Below are positions 25,899 to 37,895 of a stretch of 64,000 nt of DNA, piece after piece. Location of the stretch: NCBI RefSeq assembly GCF_000181795.1, contig NW_003526941.1, positions 9,340,607 to 9,404,606 on the forward strand, in the 5' to 3' direction. Each line of letters opens with the position of its first letter. Positions within the stretch are counted from its first letter, which is position 1. The notes under the pieces are model-generated. The model ran no database searches. It saw nothing but the letters and a program-made list of their open reading frames with translations, and had not been told where the DNA came from. Origin of the DNA: Trichinella spiralis. Taxonomy: Eukaryota. The translations under genes were made by a program, and so were the position numbers.

Positions 25899-26636
25899 TT
25901 TTTTGTGATAATCGCTATACTGTAAAGATGTGATAAAATGGTTTTTAGTTAAATGTTTATCCTGCTGTGCTAGTGTTTTTTTCTCCGTTTTAATTTACAA
26001 TTATCTATAACTTCAATTAGCTCTACAGTAAATAAATAAATATGGATTAAGTTAATTTGTAATTTTTTTTCAAATCATTGAATTTCAAACCTTTTCTGAA
26101 GAATTACACGTTTTTAATCTGAATCAGTGTGTTAGAATTATTTTAAGGCAAGAATTAAATGAAAAATAAAGATTTTAGGTTTACAAAATAAATTTGAAAA
26201 ACAGTTGACAAATTTGTTAAAAAAGTGAAATTCACAAAGAAACGTTGCTTGATTTAAAAGGCACATATGTGGAATGAAGAACGTTAGGAAACTAAATACA
26301 GTTACAACTGGGAGGATTGTAATTAAATTTTTCTAGAGTTTTATTTGCATTCATGGTACAAATAAGATTATAGTTCCTTTGAAAAAAATATGCATATGAT
26401 CTCATACACGTCACAGAAAAATAAAGCAAAATGATTCAAAAGATAATTTAAATAAAATTAAAAGAGTGATTTTATTATTTATATGAATTATGCATAGATA
26501 GAATCAATATTCCAAAAAGTTACAGTATTCCAAGAATTTAATCTTGAATGTGTACTTTTCATACGGTAATACATCTGCGTGTCAAATTGTTGCTTGTTTG
26601 GAAGTGTTTTACGAATTCTGGATATACTATCTTGAT

Positions 26637-27608
26637 ATGGTAATTTGTTTAATGAAATACTACTAAGTTTATTCAAAATCTTCATTTAAATACATTGTAG
26701 AGTCTTGTTCTACCGGAGCGATTTATTCACATACTTCGTGTTATGAACACCAACATTGATGGCAATGCGAAAGTTCCTTATGCTTTGACTGCAATAAAAG
26801 TATGTAATAAGTTAGAATGAAAATTTTTTTTGTAATTTTTAGGCATTCACTAACGTCTTGACTTATTTTGATGAATTATATGATAAATTTGTGGAATGAG
26901 ATTTGTTCAGTTAATGTTTTTTGCATTCTCTCACTGTTTGCGATTTACTTATCTAAGATATTTTTTCATTGAACTTTGGTCATTTATTGCTATGTTTGCT
27001 TTGCTGTTTATTCAAAAACGAAGTGTCATTTTCAGTTTTTGAAAGTGATGTTCTGACGTTGTGATAATATGATTTTAATATAGGGTGTCGGTCGACGATT
27101 CAGTCACGCAGTGTGCCGTAAAGCCGACATCAGTATTCATAAACGTGCTGGAGAACTAACAGCCGAAGAGGTGATGCAAATGCTTGTATTCGACTAATGA
27201 AGTTACATGACAAATATTTTAGACCGACAAGCTTATAAATGTTATGACAAATCCTAAACAGTACAAAATTCCAGATTGGTTTTTGAATCGTCGACGAGAT
27301 ATAAAAGATGGAACGACAACGCAAGTAATTTTCTTCACACCTCCATGGAATATACGAATAAGCATTTGGAATGTTGCTAGGTTTTGAGCACGATTTTGGA
27401 CAGCAAATTGAGAGAAGATTTAGAACGGTTGAAGAAAATTCGTGCGCATCGTGGTTTGCGTCACTACTGGGGGCAAGTTTAATAAGTGTATATCGTTTTA
27501 ATTGTTTTTACTGAAAATGTTCTTTACTTTAGTTTGCGTGTGAGAGGCCAGCATACGAAAACTACAGGCAGAAAGGGCCGCACTGTCGGTGTGTCGAAGA
27601 AGAAATGA
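26637..27608 (+). CDS. RPS18: 40S ribosomal protein S18 (uS13)
   Basis: ATG-only first coding exon (26637-26639), then [77 protein letters not shown]. Confidence 0.97.
27473..27532 (+). other. GC-AG intron in RPS18
   Basis: Donor GG|GCAAGT is required to give the invariant HYWG-LRVRG; the nearest GT (27477) would shift the frame. Confidence 0.9.
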
Positions 27609-27719
27609 TTTAATATTTACTGAAGGCAATTATGAAATAAATGAGATGGATTTGATATCGTGCTTTATTTCGACAAGAAAAATGTTCAACTATTATTTCA
27701 TACATGCAAAATGAGTTAG

Positions 27720-28961
27720 TTATCGTTTTGATTTTACAGCGGAAAGAATGGCTGAAGAGTTTGTCACAAAGTGTTCTTCCTCATTTTCGTTGTCGTCCGG
27801 TTTCAGTAAATCGGATCCGCTACTAAACTCACCATTAACGTCAACTTAAAAAAAGAACAATTTTAAGTAAGAACCAGGACCTTTTAAGTCAAACGTACAG
27901 ATAGTCCGTGAAAAATCGCCTTCAATATCTCTAAGCAGTTGTTTTCGAGCAACAAGAGTTTCTTCAACAGTTCTTTTCTTTTTAATAGCTTCCGCAAATA
28001 AGCGAGTTTTAGCAGCTTCAGTTTGCTCCACAGCTTTCATTTTATGTCTGAAAAAGTAAGTGTAAATAAATTATATAAATAGTAGGTTTTAATTTTACTC
28101 TAATCCAAGATCCACCTCAGGAATGCCACAGAGCATTTGATTCGACAACATATCCTCTGTTGTTTTGCTTTGATACATTTTTAGACGATCTGACAATTCT
28201 TGAAGAGCTTGATCAGCTGGCCCAATTTTTTCCGTTTTATTTTCATTATGAGTTTCAATTCCTTTCCTTTTAAGCATTTGTTCTTCAACATACTTTCGCC
28301 TATGAGTTATTTCATATTTAATTAAGTTTATGTCCTTGATATATATTACGAAAACATGGGCGGAAAGTGAAACTGCAAAAAGGAAGCTTATTGAATCTGC
28401 AAGTGCAATCTAGCTTACATTTCCTCATCTTCATCTCGCAACTGACTTTCTTTGGAGAACGTTCTGCGAATTCCTTCCTCGACATCCGCATGCTTTCTAA
28501 AATATATGAGTATTGCAGTGCATAAAAGGTTTGGTATGCAGCATACACATCGGACGGCTTGATTTTCTTCAAATCAATCATTCCACCAACTTTCAATTTA
28601 AAAGGATCCTAAATTATCTTCATTACTTCAGAACTGAAAATTGTTTTCATGTTAATTACCACGGACTGAGGAATCTCTTTTGCATATTCCTTTCCAGTAG
28701 CAAGTTCTCCAATGCTAAATTGCATATGAAAAATTAATATACCATATATTTATTAGTTATTTATTATTACGTTAATCCAGGGGGACGCTTACGCAAGTTT
28801 TGCAGCTGACGAACCGTTTCAATAACGTTCCTAAAGTACATATTTGTATACAGCACTAATAAATTTTTATATAAAACATACTTTCTTGATAATTCATTTT
28901 CAGCATCATCAGACTCGCTGCTGCTTTCATCGTTTCGTCTCCGAAATCTTTTATTGCTCAT
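27720..28961 (-). CDS. C9orf78/TLS1 (HCA59)-like splicing factor
   Basis: RQLQNLRKRPPG, GGMIDLK, RDEDEEM-RKYVEEQM, MLSNQMLCGIPEVDLGL, KMKAVEQTEAAK. Confidence 0.85.
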
Positions 28962-29997
28962 CGTGTAGAATTACATCTGCGCATGCATATTGATAGTATC
29001 TTTAACATGATTGTCAAGTAATATTAACTGTGCTGTAATTATGTTTCTTATATATAAATGAACTGTTATTTTTCATTTAGCATGAAATTAAATAAAATAA
29101 AATAACATAATAAAACAAATTATATAATATAAATGTTACAGTTTCTACAATTAACTGACACATTATGTGGCAACTGAATTAATTGATGAAATGAAATTTT
29201 TTAAGGTAAACAAAAGAATAAAATTTTAATTTTCTTTTTATTTTAATTTGAAATCCTTTCTTAATGGCAGTATGAAAACGGTACAGAAAATTATTTACAA
29301 GTTGTATTTTGCATTGTTTCCAAGTAGTTAATGAGAAAACTAAATAAAATCAGCTCAATTAAGAAACTTGCACGAAGATGAATATTTGAAATTCCAGTTT
29401 CATTTTGGAATAATTTGCATGAACAATTTAAGAAATAAAATTACAGTACTTTTGATTTATTAAAACATGAGTTTTTTTAATTACAGTATGAATTAGTTAA
29501 TGATTTTTGTTGATCGATATTTAAAAGGTTGTTGATTATTTGTAGTATTTTTCTTTGGTGATTTTGCGCTGGTAAATTTATATTTTTTATTAAAGAACTA
29601 ATGATGCAAATAATATTATTGTTTAAACTCTGTTACTCCATGATGAAGAAATTAGGTCAATCTTCATTCTGTTGTCTTTTACTTTTTTGCTTTGATGCTT
29701 AATTTTTGTTATGTGCATTTTTTATTTTATGAAATTCAATTTCTTTTCATAAATTTTATTGCATGCTTATGCTTATTATGCATGCATGCCATACGCAGTT
29801 GTAAAATGTTGTGTTGAATTCAATGCAATTGTTATTCCTTGTGTTCATTGTACTTAATAAACTGTCTTGTCATTCTTAGCTGTATTTTTTCCAAACTTAT
29901 CTATTTTTCAATTATATTTACACAATTAAATTTATAATTTTTGTCTGTTTATTTTATTAGATGGTAAATGCAAGAAACAGTTTACTTTTCTGAAATT

Positions 29998-30022
29998 GTT
30001 ATTATTATTATTATTATTATTA
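29998..30022. repeat. (ATT)n microsatellite
   Basis: About 8 tandem TTA units; source of the spurious poly-N ORF at 29932-30123. Confidence 0.8.
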
Positions 30023-30250
30023 TGAACATTTGTTGAACTGTTAAATTTATAAAATGTTTTTTTAAAGCTACTTTTTACATACACGAAGCTTAAATTATTG
30101 CTTTCATTTTTCAAAAATTCCACATTTCTTATCTATTTTATAGTTTGTTAAAGTATATACTGATTATCTGGTGTATGTGAATTGTTCCTGTTAGTTTTAA
30201 GTGTTTACAGTTTATTGATATTACTATACATTATTTTAGTTTTTGAATTA

Positions 30251-33200
30251 ATGGAAAGACGATCCAGCAGGAAGTACAGCATGTATGATGAGGTATCAGT
30301 CTTATTATTTGTTTAAATTAAAATTTCAATGCCTGTTATGGTTCTTTTGTTTGTAATGTTTTATGAATTGCAAACATAACTTTATAAAGTTATTTTACAG
30401 GGTGTAACAAAATGTCTGTCGTGGAGTACATCAGCACAATGTGATGATGGAGCTGGATATTCTCCTTCTGCTTTGAAATTGCAAAACAGACAGTTTGATC
30501 CTGTTACCTTTAACGTTCTGAAAGTTAACCCCGAAGATATCGCTGCTCAGTTGACACTTGGAGATCTGCCAATATTTAAAGCTATTAAACCAGATGTATT
30601 ATTTAAATTAATGTTAAGCGAGTATTGCTTAAAATGTAAATTACACTTTGCATTTTCAGGAACTTACTAGCTGTGCCTGGAATTCCCGTAACAAGCTGAC
30701 TGTTGCTCCTAATGTAGTTGCATTTATTCGCCGTTTTAATCATGTAATATTTGTTTTCATTTGCAGCGCTTAACATTAATTTTAAATGTTGATATTTTTA
30801 AGGTTTGTTTGTGGTGTCAGAAAGAAATATTGTCATGTCAAAGTTTGAAACTTCGAGCTGAAGTTTTGGGTCATTTTTTGAAAATTTCCAAGGTGAGAGA
30901 TTTGAATTTTGAATTTGTTGTGATTAAATTATGTGATGATTTATTTGCACTTACTGCAGTGTCTTTTATGACATGTAACATGAATTGTGTTGCATGTGTA
31001 ATGTACAAGTATGTTATGTTTCTATTCAATAATTTGGTGTTACATAATTCACCTTACCATTATTCTCTATTTTAAAATTTATATGATTTTCACGAAACGT
31101 ACGATTGTTCAGTAACACTTTTTTGCAATTTTCCTTTTCCAATGTAATTTCTTTTTTATTTTTACTCTGGAGCGTGATAAGCTTCTAAATAAAGTTTGTA
31201 TTGTTTTGCGTTATAATAAGCAGTAATAAGATGAATCGACATTTTTAGAAGCTTATGGATTTGAACAACATTCATTCAGCTTTTGCTATAATATCTGGTT
31301 TGCAAAGCAGTGCTGTGTATCGACTTTACAAAACATGGGCGGTAATGTTGAAATTTATATTGCTATTTATATATTTAATTTACGCATAAGAACTTATTTG
31401 CAGGCAGTGCAAACGAAAGACAAAGCTATATATGACAAGTTGACGAAACTATTTAGTGATCAGAACAACTGGGAAAAACTGCGGAAGTACATGATGACAA
31501 TTAAACTTCCTTGTATACCATACCTAGGTGAATGATAAGTTTAATTTTATAAAATGCGCACTTGTTTTGATTTAGCATTATTGTTATTTTATAGATTTTT
31601 GATTCATTAGAATGCATGCTTCGTTTTTATTGCCATGTTTTTATGCTATGCTTTATCATGTGTAATAAAATTTAAATATTAGTATAATAAAATTAGATTT
31701 AGAATTATTTCACTATTTATATCCAGATATAAATTGAAATAAATAATCAGAATATGTTTAGGATTGTATCTTACTGATCTCATTTACATTGACGTTGCTC
31801 ATCCCAGTTCCGGTGGCTTGGAAAGCACGCAGCGTTTAAATCTGATGAATAACATTTTGCGTGTCCTTGCTGATTATCAGAGTTCCAATTATGGTAAATT
31901 GATAATTACTTATTGAACTTTCTAAATTGAGTTTTTTCTTTTGTGTTTTTTTTCAGAAAGTTTAAGTACAATTGATTGTTTCCAATCATATTTGGATTCG
32001 ATTCGATATATTGATGAGCTGCAGAAGTTTGTCGAAGAAGATCTGTATAAGTGAGCTTTTTCGTATTGTTTAACAAAAATTTACATACGAATTGTGCTTA
32101 TCTTTTGATGCAATTTTCGGTTTTAGTTTATCGATCAAGTTGGAACCGAATTGCAATAGTTCTAGTGTGGAGAAGAATTTTAAGCATTTACTTATTTCGG
32201 ACAATAATGGTACACCTTTAAAAACTCAGTCGCTTACTCCACAAACTAGCAAAAGCAAACAAACGCACCGAAAAACCCAGAGTTTAGGTGGTTCAAATTT
32301 AGTAACAAAGTAAGAAGAAATTCAAGTCTTTTGTGATTTGAAATTTAAATTCACATTTATAGAGTTCCATCTATTGGAAATCCACTTAATGAAACGTTTC
32401 CATTGACTGTTGATTGTAGACGTCATCTATTGGATGATTCTTTGTTAGAATTTTCCAGTTGCACTGCATCATCATCATCCCTACAACTCCCTTCTAATGG
32501 TATTAATCGCCTGAGTAGTGAAATTATTCTGTTTTGTTTTTATTTTATGTATGAAATCTTTATATTATAGATGTTATTGGTGACTCTGGACATGAAAGCT
32601 CTGATGAAAATGGGATACGGCTTGAGTATGTGCATTATTCAGATTTTACCATTTTTAATTATAACAGCAAGTGCAAGTTTATTTGAATTAATGTGTTTTA
32701 CATTACTGTAATGAATTTATCTTAATTTCATGAAATTTTATGCAAATTTTATTTCAACTAGATTTTTAATTTCATTTTACCTTCTAGTTTAAAAGGAAGA
32801 AGCTCAAGTAGAGATCGTCTGTCTCGCAGTGTTGACACATTAGAAGAGGAGTGCATAATTGAAGGGCCAGCTAAGCGGAAGTGTATTTTGAAAAACGGTC
32901 ACAGACCAAGAGTAACTAAAATTTTGGATAGAAAATTGATTAGCATGTGATTTAAATTTTGTTTCCTGTTTTTATTTATTACAGTTCCCTGTTTGGAGGC
33001 GATTTTGGATTCGCTTGTGCGGTAGTGCTTTGTATGTTTATGAGTCACGAAATCTTCCCAGAAATTGGAACTCTCGTCTAGCTGTAAAATAATTTAATAC
33101 GATTGTTCGTCTTTGAATTCTTTTTATTTTCAGTACAAAACATGCGCGTCGAAGATAATTGCACTTTGTGGATGGATGGTTGTGAAAACTGATGATCCAT

Positions 33201-33483
33201 TTATGCCGGATTCTTTTATTTTACAAGAACCAGTATTAGGTTTGTAATATATGGCAGAATGTTATTGTCAAAATCATGACATTTGTCTTCTTTAGGTATC
33301 GTATATCGTCTGCGAGTGGGCACGCAAGCTAATGCGCTACGGTGGGTGGAAAAACTGAAAGTAGCTTGTGAAGATCCAAAAACCAAGGTAACGTCAAGCA
33401 TGATTAATAACTTCTTTGATGACAAATTAAAGTTGTTGTTTTTTTTTGTTTAGCTTCCTTCTAACCTAATTTCGTTTGATTGA
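30251..33483 (+). CDS. RALGPS: RalGPS-family Ral guanine nucleotide exchange factor (CDC25 domain + PH domain)
   Basis: [58 protein letters not shown] domain IEGPAKRK...WRRFW...GWMVV; ends LPSNLISFD*. No REM or RA domain. Confidence 0.9.
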
Positions 33484-34076
33484 ATTGATTGCAGTTACCC
33501 AGATTTGGCCATTCACTTTTACCATTTTTGTTCAACCAAAGAATTTTGTCATTGCAGAAACAATTTTAAAAAGGAAGTTGAACATGCACAGTACACATCT
33601 TTTTTCAGAGATCAGAAATTGTTGTCGCGTAATTATTTTGTTACTCGTCTCGCTGGAATTTTGGAATATACTATCTAAGTTAAAATTGCCGTTAACTGCT
33701 GTATTCTTCTTTCTAATCTTTCTCCATCGTATTTCATTCGGCTGCACTAATTTGAAAAAATATATAAATGGTGCTGTAATATATTTCGGGTTGTCACCAC
33801 TAAATTATCAGTTATTAGTTTTTTTTGTTTTTTTGAAAAGAAAAGACAAAGTAAATTATTCTAAGATGTTTATTTTTTTCTGTACGAGTAGATATGTATC
33901 TGTTATGTACCTTTCCGTTATATTACATTGATTGATGACTGATTACAGTAATCATTGATAAGAAGTGAAAGAGAAACAAGGTGACGTTGAATATAATTTT
34001 ATTATGTATTAGTGGAATAATTCCAACGTATTCATACTGGTTGGAGAAGTTTAAATGAAATTCGCTTAAGTTCTAT

Positions 34077-35378
34077 CTACACACGTGGTGCATTTTGTGG
34101 AGGCAACGTACTTTGATCCTGTTCGGACCACCATCGTTCAATAAACGAAGCCAACAAACAGAAGATATTGATCTCAGAATAAACACAGTGTAAATAAGTC
34201 TTGTTTTCTGTCATGATGCGAAGCCTCCGAGAAAAAAACGTGCCATAATCACTTACTGTAGCAATGTCGTGTTCAGATTGTGATGCGCAAGTTTGAATAC
34301 GAAATGAAATACTCGATCTTTGTGAAGGTAAGAGTTTCATACTTGGTTGGCGATAGCATGCATAATCAATGTCTAGACTTTTGAGAATGTTGACCAGCTG
34401 TTGAGAAATTTCTTTCATAATTACAGACACGCTTTCAGAGGAATCAGTAAGTGCGAAGGCAGTTAGCACTCGTCTTTGGTTGCATTGCAAGAGTACTGAA
34501 TTTGGTTTATCTGAATTCTTCTTGTTATTTTTGTACGAATTGCCGAATGAGTATAATTTTAATGGTAAACAAACATTAGAAGGAACGGCACGTCTGGTAA
34601 ACAAACAGAGATAAGCTAAAAGTGAATGACCAACTACATTTAACGTCACTGCACTATCATTTGCACCGTATTCTTTTTCTTCAATCTGAAGAAAGTCACT
34701 GATACTCATCAAGCATGCTTCCAGAATTGGCATTCTAACAAAATATGATGGACTAATGAAGGTAAGTTTTGCATTCGAAAATACTGACGTAACAAACTGT
34801 TCGAGTAGATCCAACAGAATGGCCGCTCTTCCTGAGAGAAAGCATTGATAGGGTGCGTTTTTCGAAAATAACCAACCTTTTTTTTGAAGCAAATTTTCAT
34901 GTTCACATTGTTTAAGAAGTTTTCCTTCGTGCTTTAAAAGGAGTTTTTCTTCATTTCCGATTGGCGTTTCCACGTCAAGATCGTTTGGAAGTGCTAGGCA
35001 TGTTTCAATCACTTTTTCCGTTCGGAAGATTTCCTTGTTAATTGATTTCAACTTCGTAATGCACTCTTGCAATCTTAGAAATTCATCAGAAGTGCACCCA
35101 TTTTCAGATTTTTCGTGGCTTTTTTCGGAACACAGCTTCATTAAATAAGTGTGCAAATTTTGAAGCTTCTCCTGTTCACATTTAAGCTGTTTCCAGTTGA
35201 AGTAATCTGATCGCAACGCACTTAGATTAACATTCGGCATGACACCCCGACAGTCTAGAAGTCTTTTTGTTGCACTCAGATCGTTGAAGTAAATGTCAAA
35301 ATTTAAATCTGGTTCCACTAAATAAAGCATTCGACCATACAGTGTACATAGTCTTCGCAAATTCGTTTTCCAAATCAT
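34077..35378 (-). CDS. Intronless seryl-tRNA synthetase-like protein with degenerate active site (SLIMP-like, probably mitochondrial)
   Basis: First true ATG at 35378 (MIWKTNLRRLCTLY, presequence-like). Coiled-coil arm, LALPND...TPIG, FLSGRAAIL, LPLKLY and FSRRL follow the SerRS layout, but motifs 2 and 3 are degenerate. Confidence 0.8.
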   Translation of the reverse strand: MIWKTNLRRLCTLYGRMLYLVEPDLNFDIYFNDLSATKRLLDCRGVMPNVNLSALRSDYFNWKQLKCEQEKLQNLHTYLMKLCSEKSHEKSENGCTSDEFLRLQECITKLKSINKEIFRTEKVIETCLALPNDLDVETPIGNEEKLLLKHEGKLLKQCEHENLLQKKGWLFSKNAPYQCFLSGRAAILLDLLEQFVTSVFSNAKLTFISPSYFVRMPILEACLMSISDFLQIEEKEYGANDSAVTLNVVGHSLLAYLCLFTRRAVPSNVCLPLKLYSFGNSYKNNKKNSDKPNSVLLQCNQRRVLTAFALTDSSESVSVIMKEISQQLVNILKSLDIDYACYRQPSMKLLPSQRSSISFRIQTCASQSEHDIATVSDYGTFFSRRLRIMTENKTYLHCVYSEINIFCLLASFIERWWSEQDQSTLPPQNAPRV

Positions 35379-36594
35379 TATCGAATTCAAATATAATTAT
35401 TATTAAAATTTACAGTAAGTTTTAAGAAATACAGGTATAATGAAATGTAAAGTACAGTAAGCGAAATCACGGCAGTATTTTGATTTACAAATATTTTTTA
35501 GCATAAAGTGCTGTTATGAATAAATAAGAATACATTTAAATGTACAAAGCTAGCCGAAGTTGTAAAGATATGATAAAGCCTTTAAAAGTGGTAAATTGTT
35601 TGTAATGAAGTTTCATATAGTTGAAGAGATTCTCACTAATTTATCGAAACTAATAATTTTTCCCTAGGTAAGGACATAAACATATCAACCTGTTTTCACG
35701 TTGCAACTGCACCGCCCTTCTTCTTTTTCAATTTAGCTTCTGGTAAGTGAAAATTGTGTTTAGACTATTTTACATTGTTACATTGAAGAAGATGAATGTT
35801 TGCGTATAGTGTGTATAAACTTTTGTGGCCATGCTCCATAATGTTTGCGTTAACCGCTTATTGAATTATATCATTAATTAAGTTCAACAATCATTAATAA
35901 ATTTATTTTTATACTTGTAAAAAACCGATCAAATTATCAATGCTGATTAAATAATTATATAATGCGGAATACATTGTTTCTATTATGCTAATTTCTCAAG
36001 TACTGACATTTGTACCTAAAATTAAGTAATTTACTGTTAGATTATTATTTTTCGGATGTGAAAATATTTGGTTCATTTTATGTAGATATTTTGAATTTTC
36101 ATTTTGCAGATAAGATTTTTTAAATGAATTGCCCATATTTCATTAGTGCTTATATTTAAATTTTGAAATTGAAAATGAAAGCAGAAACAATACAGTGTCA
36201 TTTTATTACTTAAAGTTGCAAGTAACAGATTGTTTAGAATGAAACAAATACTAATGTTGTATAGACTAGATGAAATTTCCTGCGTTTTATTTAAAATGTG
36301 CAGTGCGAAATGTTCATTGTTAGTAATTTGTGTTGTTATCGCAAAATGTAGCACAGTATGCAGTATCTACTAATTTGATTTATTTTAAATCATCTTTTGA
36401 ATTTAAATTTGTACACAGAGTTTGTTTCGTTTGAATAGTTTACTTATAAGTACATGATCTGTTATGATATTTGGCATGTCGCTTGACATGAAATAAAAAT
36501 CGAATAAAAACGTTTCATTTTCAAATTTCAGATAACCAGTTACTTTAGTGAAACATCACTGAACATTCTTCACAGTGAATTTGTGTTATGTGTA

Positions 36595-37164
36595 ATGAAA
36601 TTTGTAATGGCTGCACGTCAACAATATGATGATGGACAAGGAGAAAAAAGTTGTCGTGCATGTGTTGATTTTAAATCCTGGATTATGGGAAAACGTTCGG
36701 CCAGAACATCCGATGGTTCTTCTTCTTCGTCTTCTTCCAACAATAGCAGTAATAATGCTAATGTTAACGACAAGATGACAAATTCTGCACACAGTTCCGT
36801 CGATTCTGATTCACATCAACGGAAAAATTGCCCTCTTGACAAAGAAGAATTAGGCCGTTCTACGTGGGGAGTTCTTCATTCCATTGCTGCATATCTGCCT
36901 GAATTGTTGAATAGTGAAACTCAACAAGACATGCGTAATTTGATGCGATTGTTTTCACTGTATTATCCTTGTGAATACTGTGCAAAAGATATGCGTGAAG
37001 AGTTGGCAAAAAATCCTCCGGATGTATTGTCGAGAAGATCATTTTCTCAGTGGCTCTGTAGACTGCACAACTCTGTTAATCAAAAACTTGGTAAGCCTCT
37101 GTTTGATTGTAGTAAAGTTGATGAACGATGGCGAGACGGTTGGAGTGATGGTTCTTGTGATTAA
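36595..37164 (+). CDS. GFER: FAD-linked sulfhydryl oxidase ERV1/ALR
   Basis: CRAC shuttle motif, CPLDKEELGRSTW, YPCEYCA, WLCRLHNSVNQKLGKPLFDC, ERWRDGWSDGSCD. Intronless CDS; ATG at 36595 or 36607. Confidence 0.95.
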   Translation: MKFVMAARQQYDDGQGEKSCRACVDFKSWIMGKRSARTSDGSSSSSSSNNSSNNANVNDKMTNSAHSSVDSDSHQRKNCPLDKEELGRSTWGVLHSIAAYLPELLNSETQQDMRNLMRLFSLYYPCEYCAKDMREELAKNPPDVLSRRSFSQWLCRLHNSVNQKLGKPLFDCSKVDERWRDGWSDGSCD

Positions 37165-37850
37165 TATATTTTTTCAAATAAATTATTTTTGAACATAAAT
37201 TATAAATTAACGTTGCGTCAATATTTTAAGTGTTTTAAATTTGCAACATTTTCCGACTTACCGTGTAGTACTGTAATGACTTGAACTTGAATGAACGGTG
37301 CACCTGAGCAGTTAAGGTTTTTACTGACAGTTTGACATTCTTTTAGATAGAATATTAATGTTTTTTTAAAATATTATTAATATATTCTTTACAGTCAACA
37401 TCATTTATGTTTGATCGTTCAATTTCATTGTTTATTTCATAATTTGACCTGTTATTTACACTGCCACAAAGTGAATTTAGTAAATGAAATTTCAGTTTGC
37501 ATAGCAATAAATCAATTCTGTTTCATCCAGGCTTTATATAATTTCTGTTATAATTAAATGAACAGTTGAAACGGTCAACAAAATTGAAAATAAGTTTAGT
37601 TGTTGCGTAGTTAAATTATTATTAAAATAGTGGAATTAAACTGTTAATCGGTTCTGTTTTTTTTCTTATTTGAAAAGCGTAAAGTGATCATGATAAAATT
37701 GGATCGATTTGATAATCAACTGAGAGAGCTAGAAACGTTTGCAATCTTTGTTGTGTAAAATTAATCAATGTTATGTCGCATGATGTCTACTGTTTTCCTG
37801 TTTTAAATGATTCAGTTAGTATGCAAGTATATTATTTATTCCATATTGAT

Positions 37851-37864
37851 GTCACTATGGCAAC
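37851..37864 (+). promoter_or_regulatory. Perfect X-box (RFX/DAF-19 site)
   Basis: GTCACT-AT-GGCAAC matches GTHNYY-AT-RRNAAC exactly and ends about 30 bp upstream of the AK5-like ATG. Confidence 0.75.
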
Positions 37865-37895
37865 AGTCATTATAAGAGCAGTTGGATAGAATGAA

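Noticed and set aside
33476..33931. 151-aa hydrophobic ORF
   Set aside because: Non-ATG start, lies in the RalGPS 3' UTR, and its F/I/L-rich composition is typical of AT-rich non-coding DNA.
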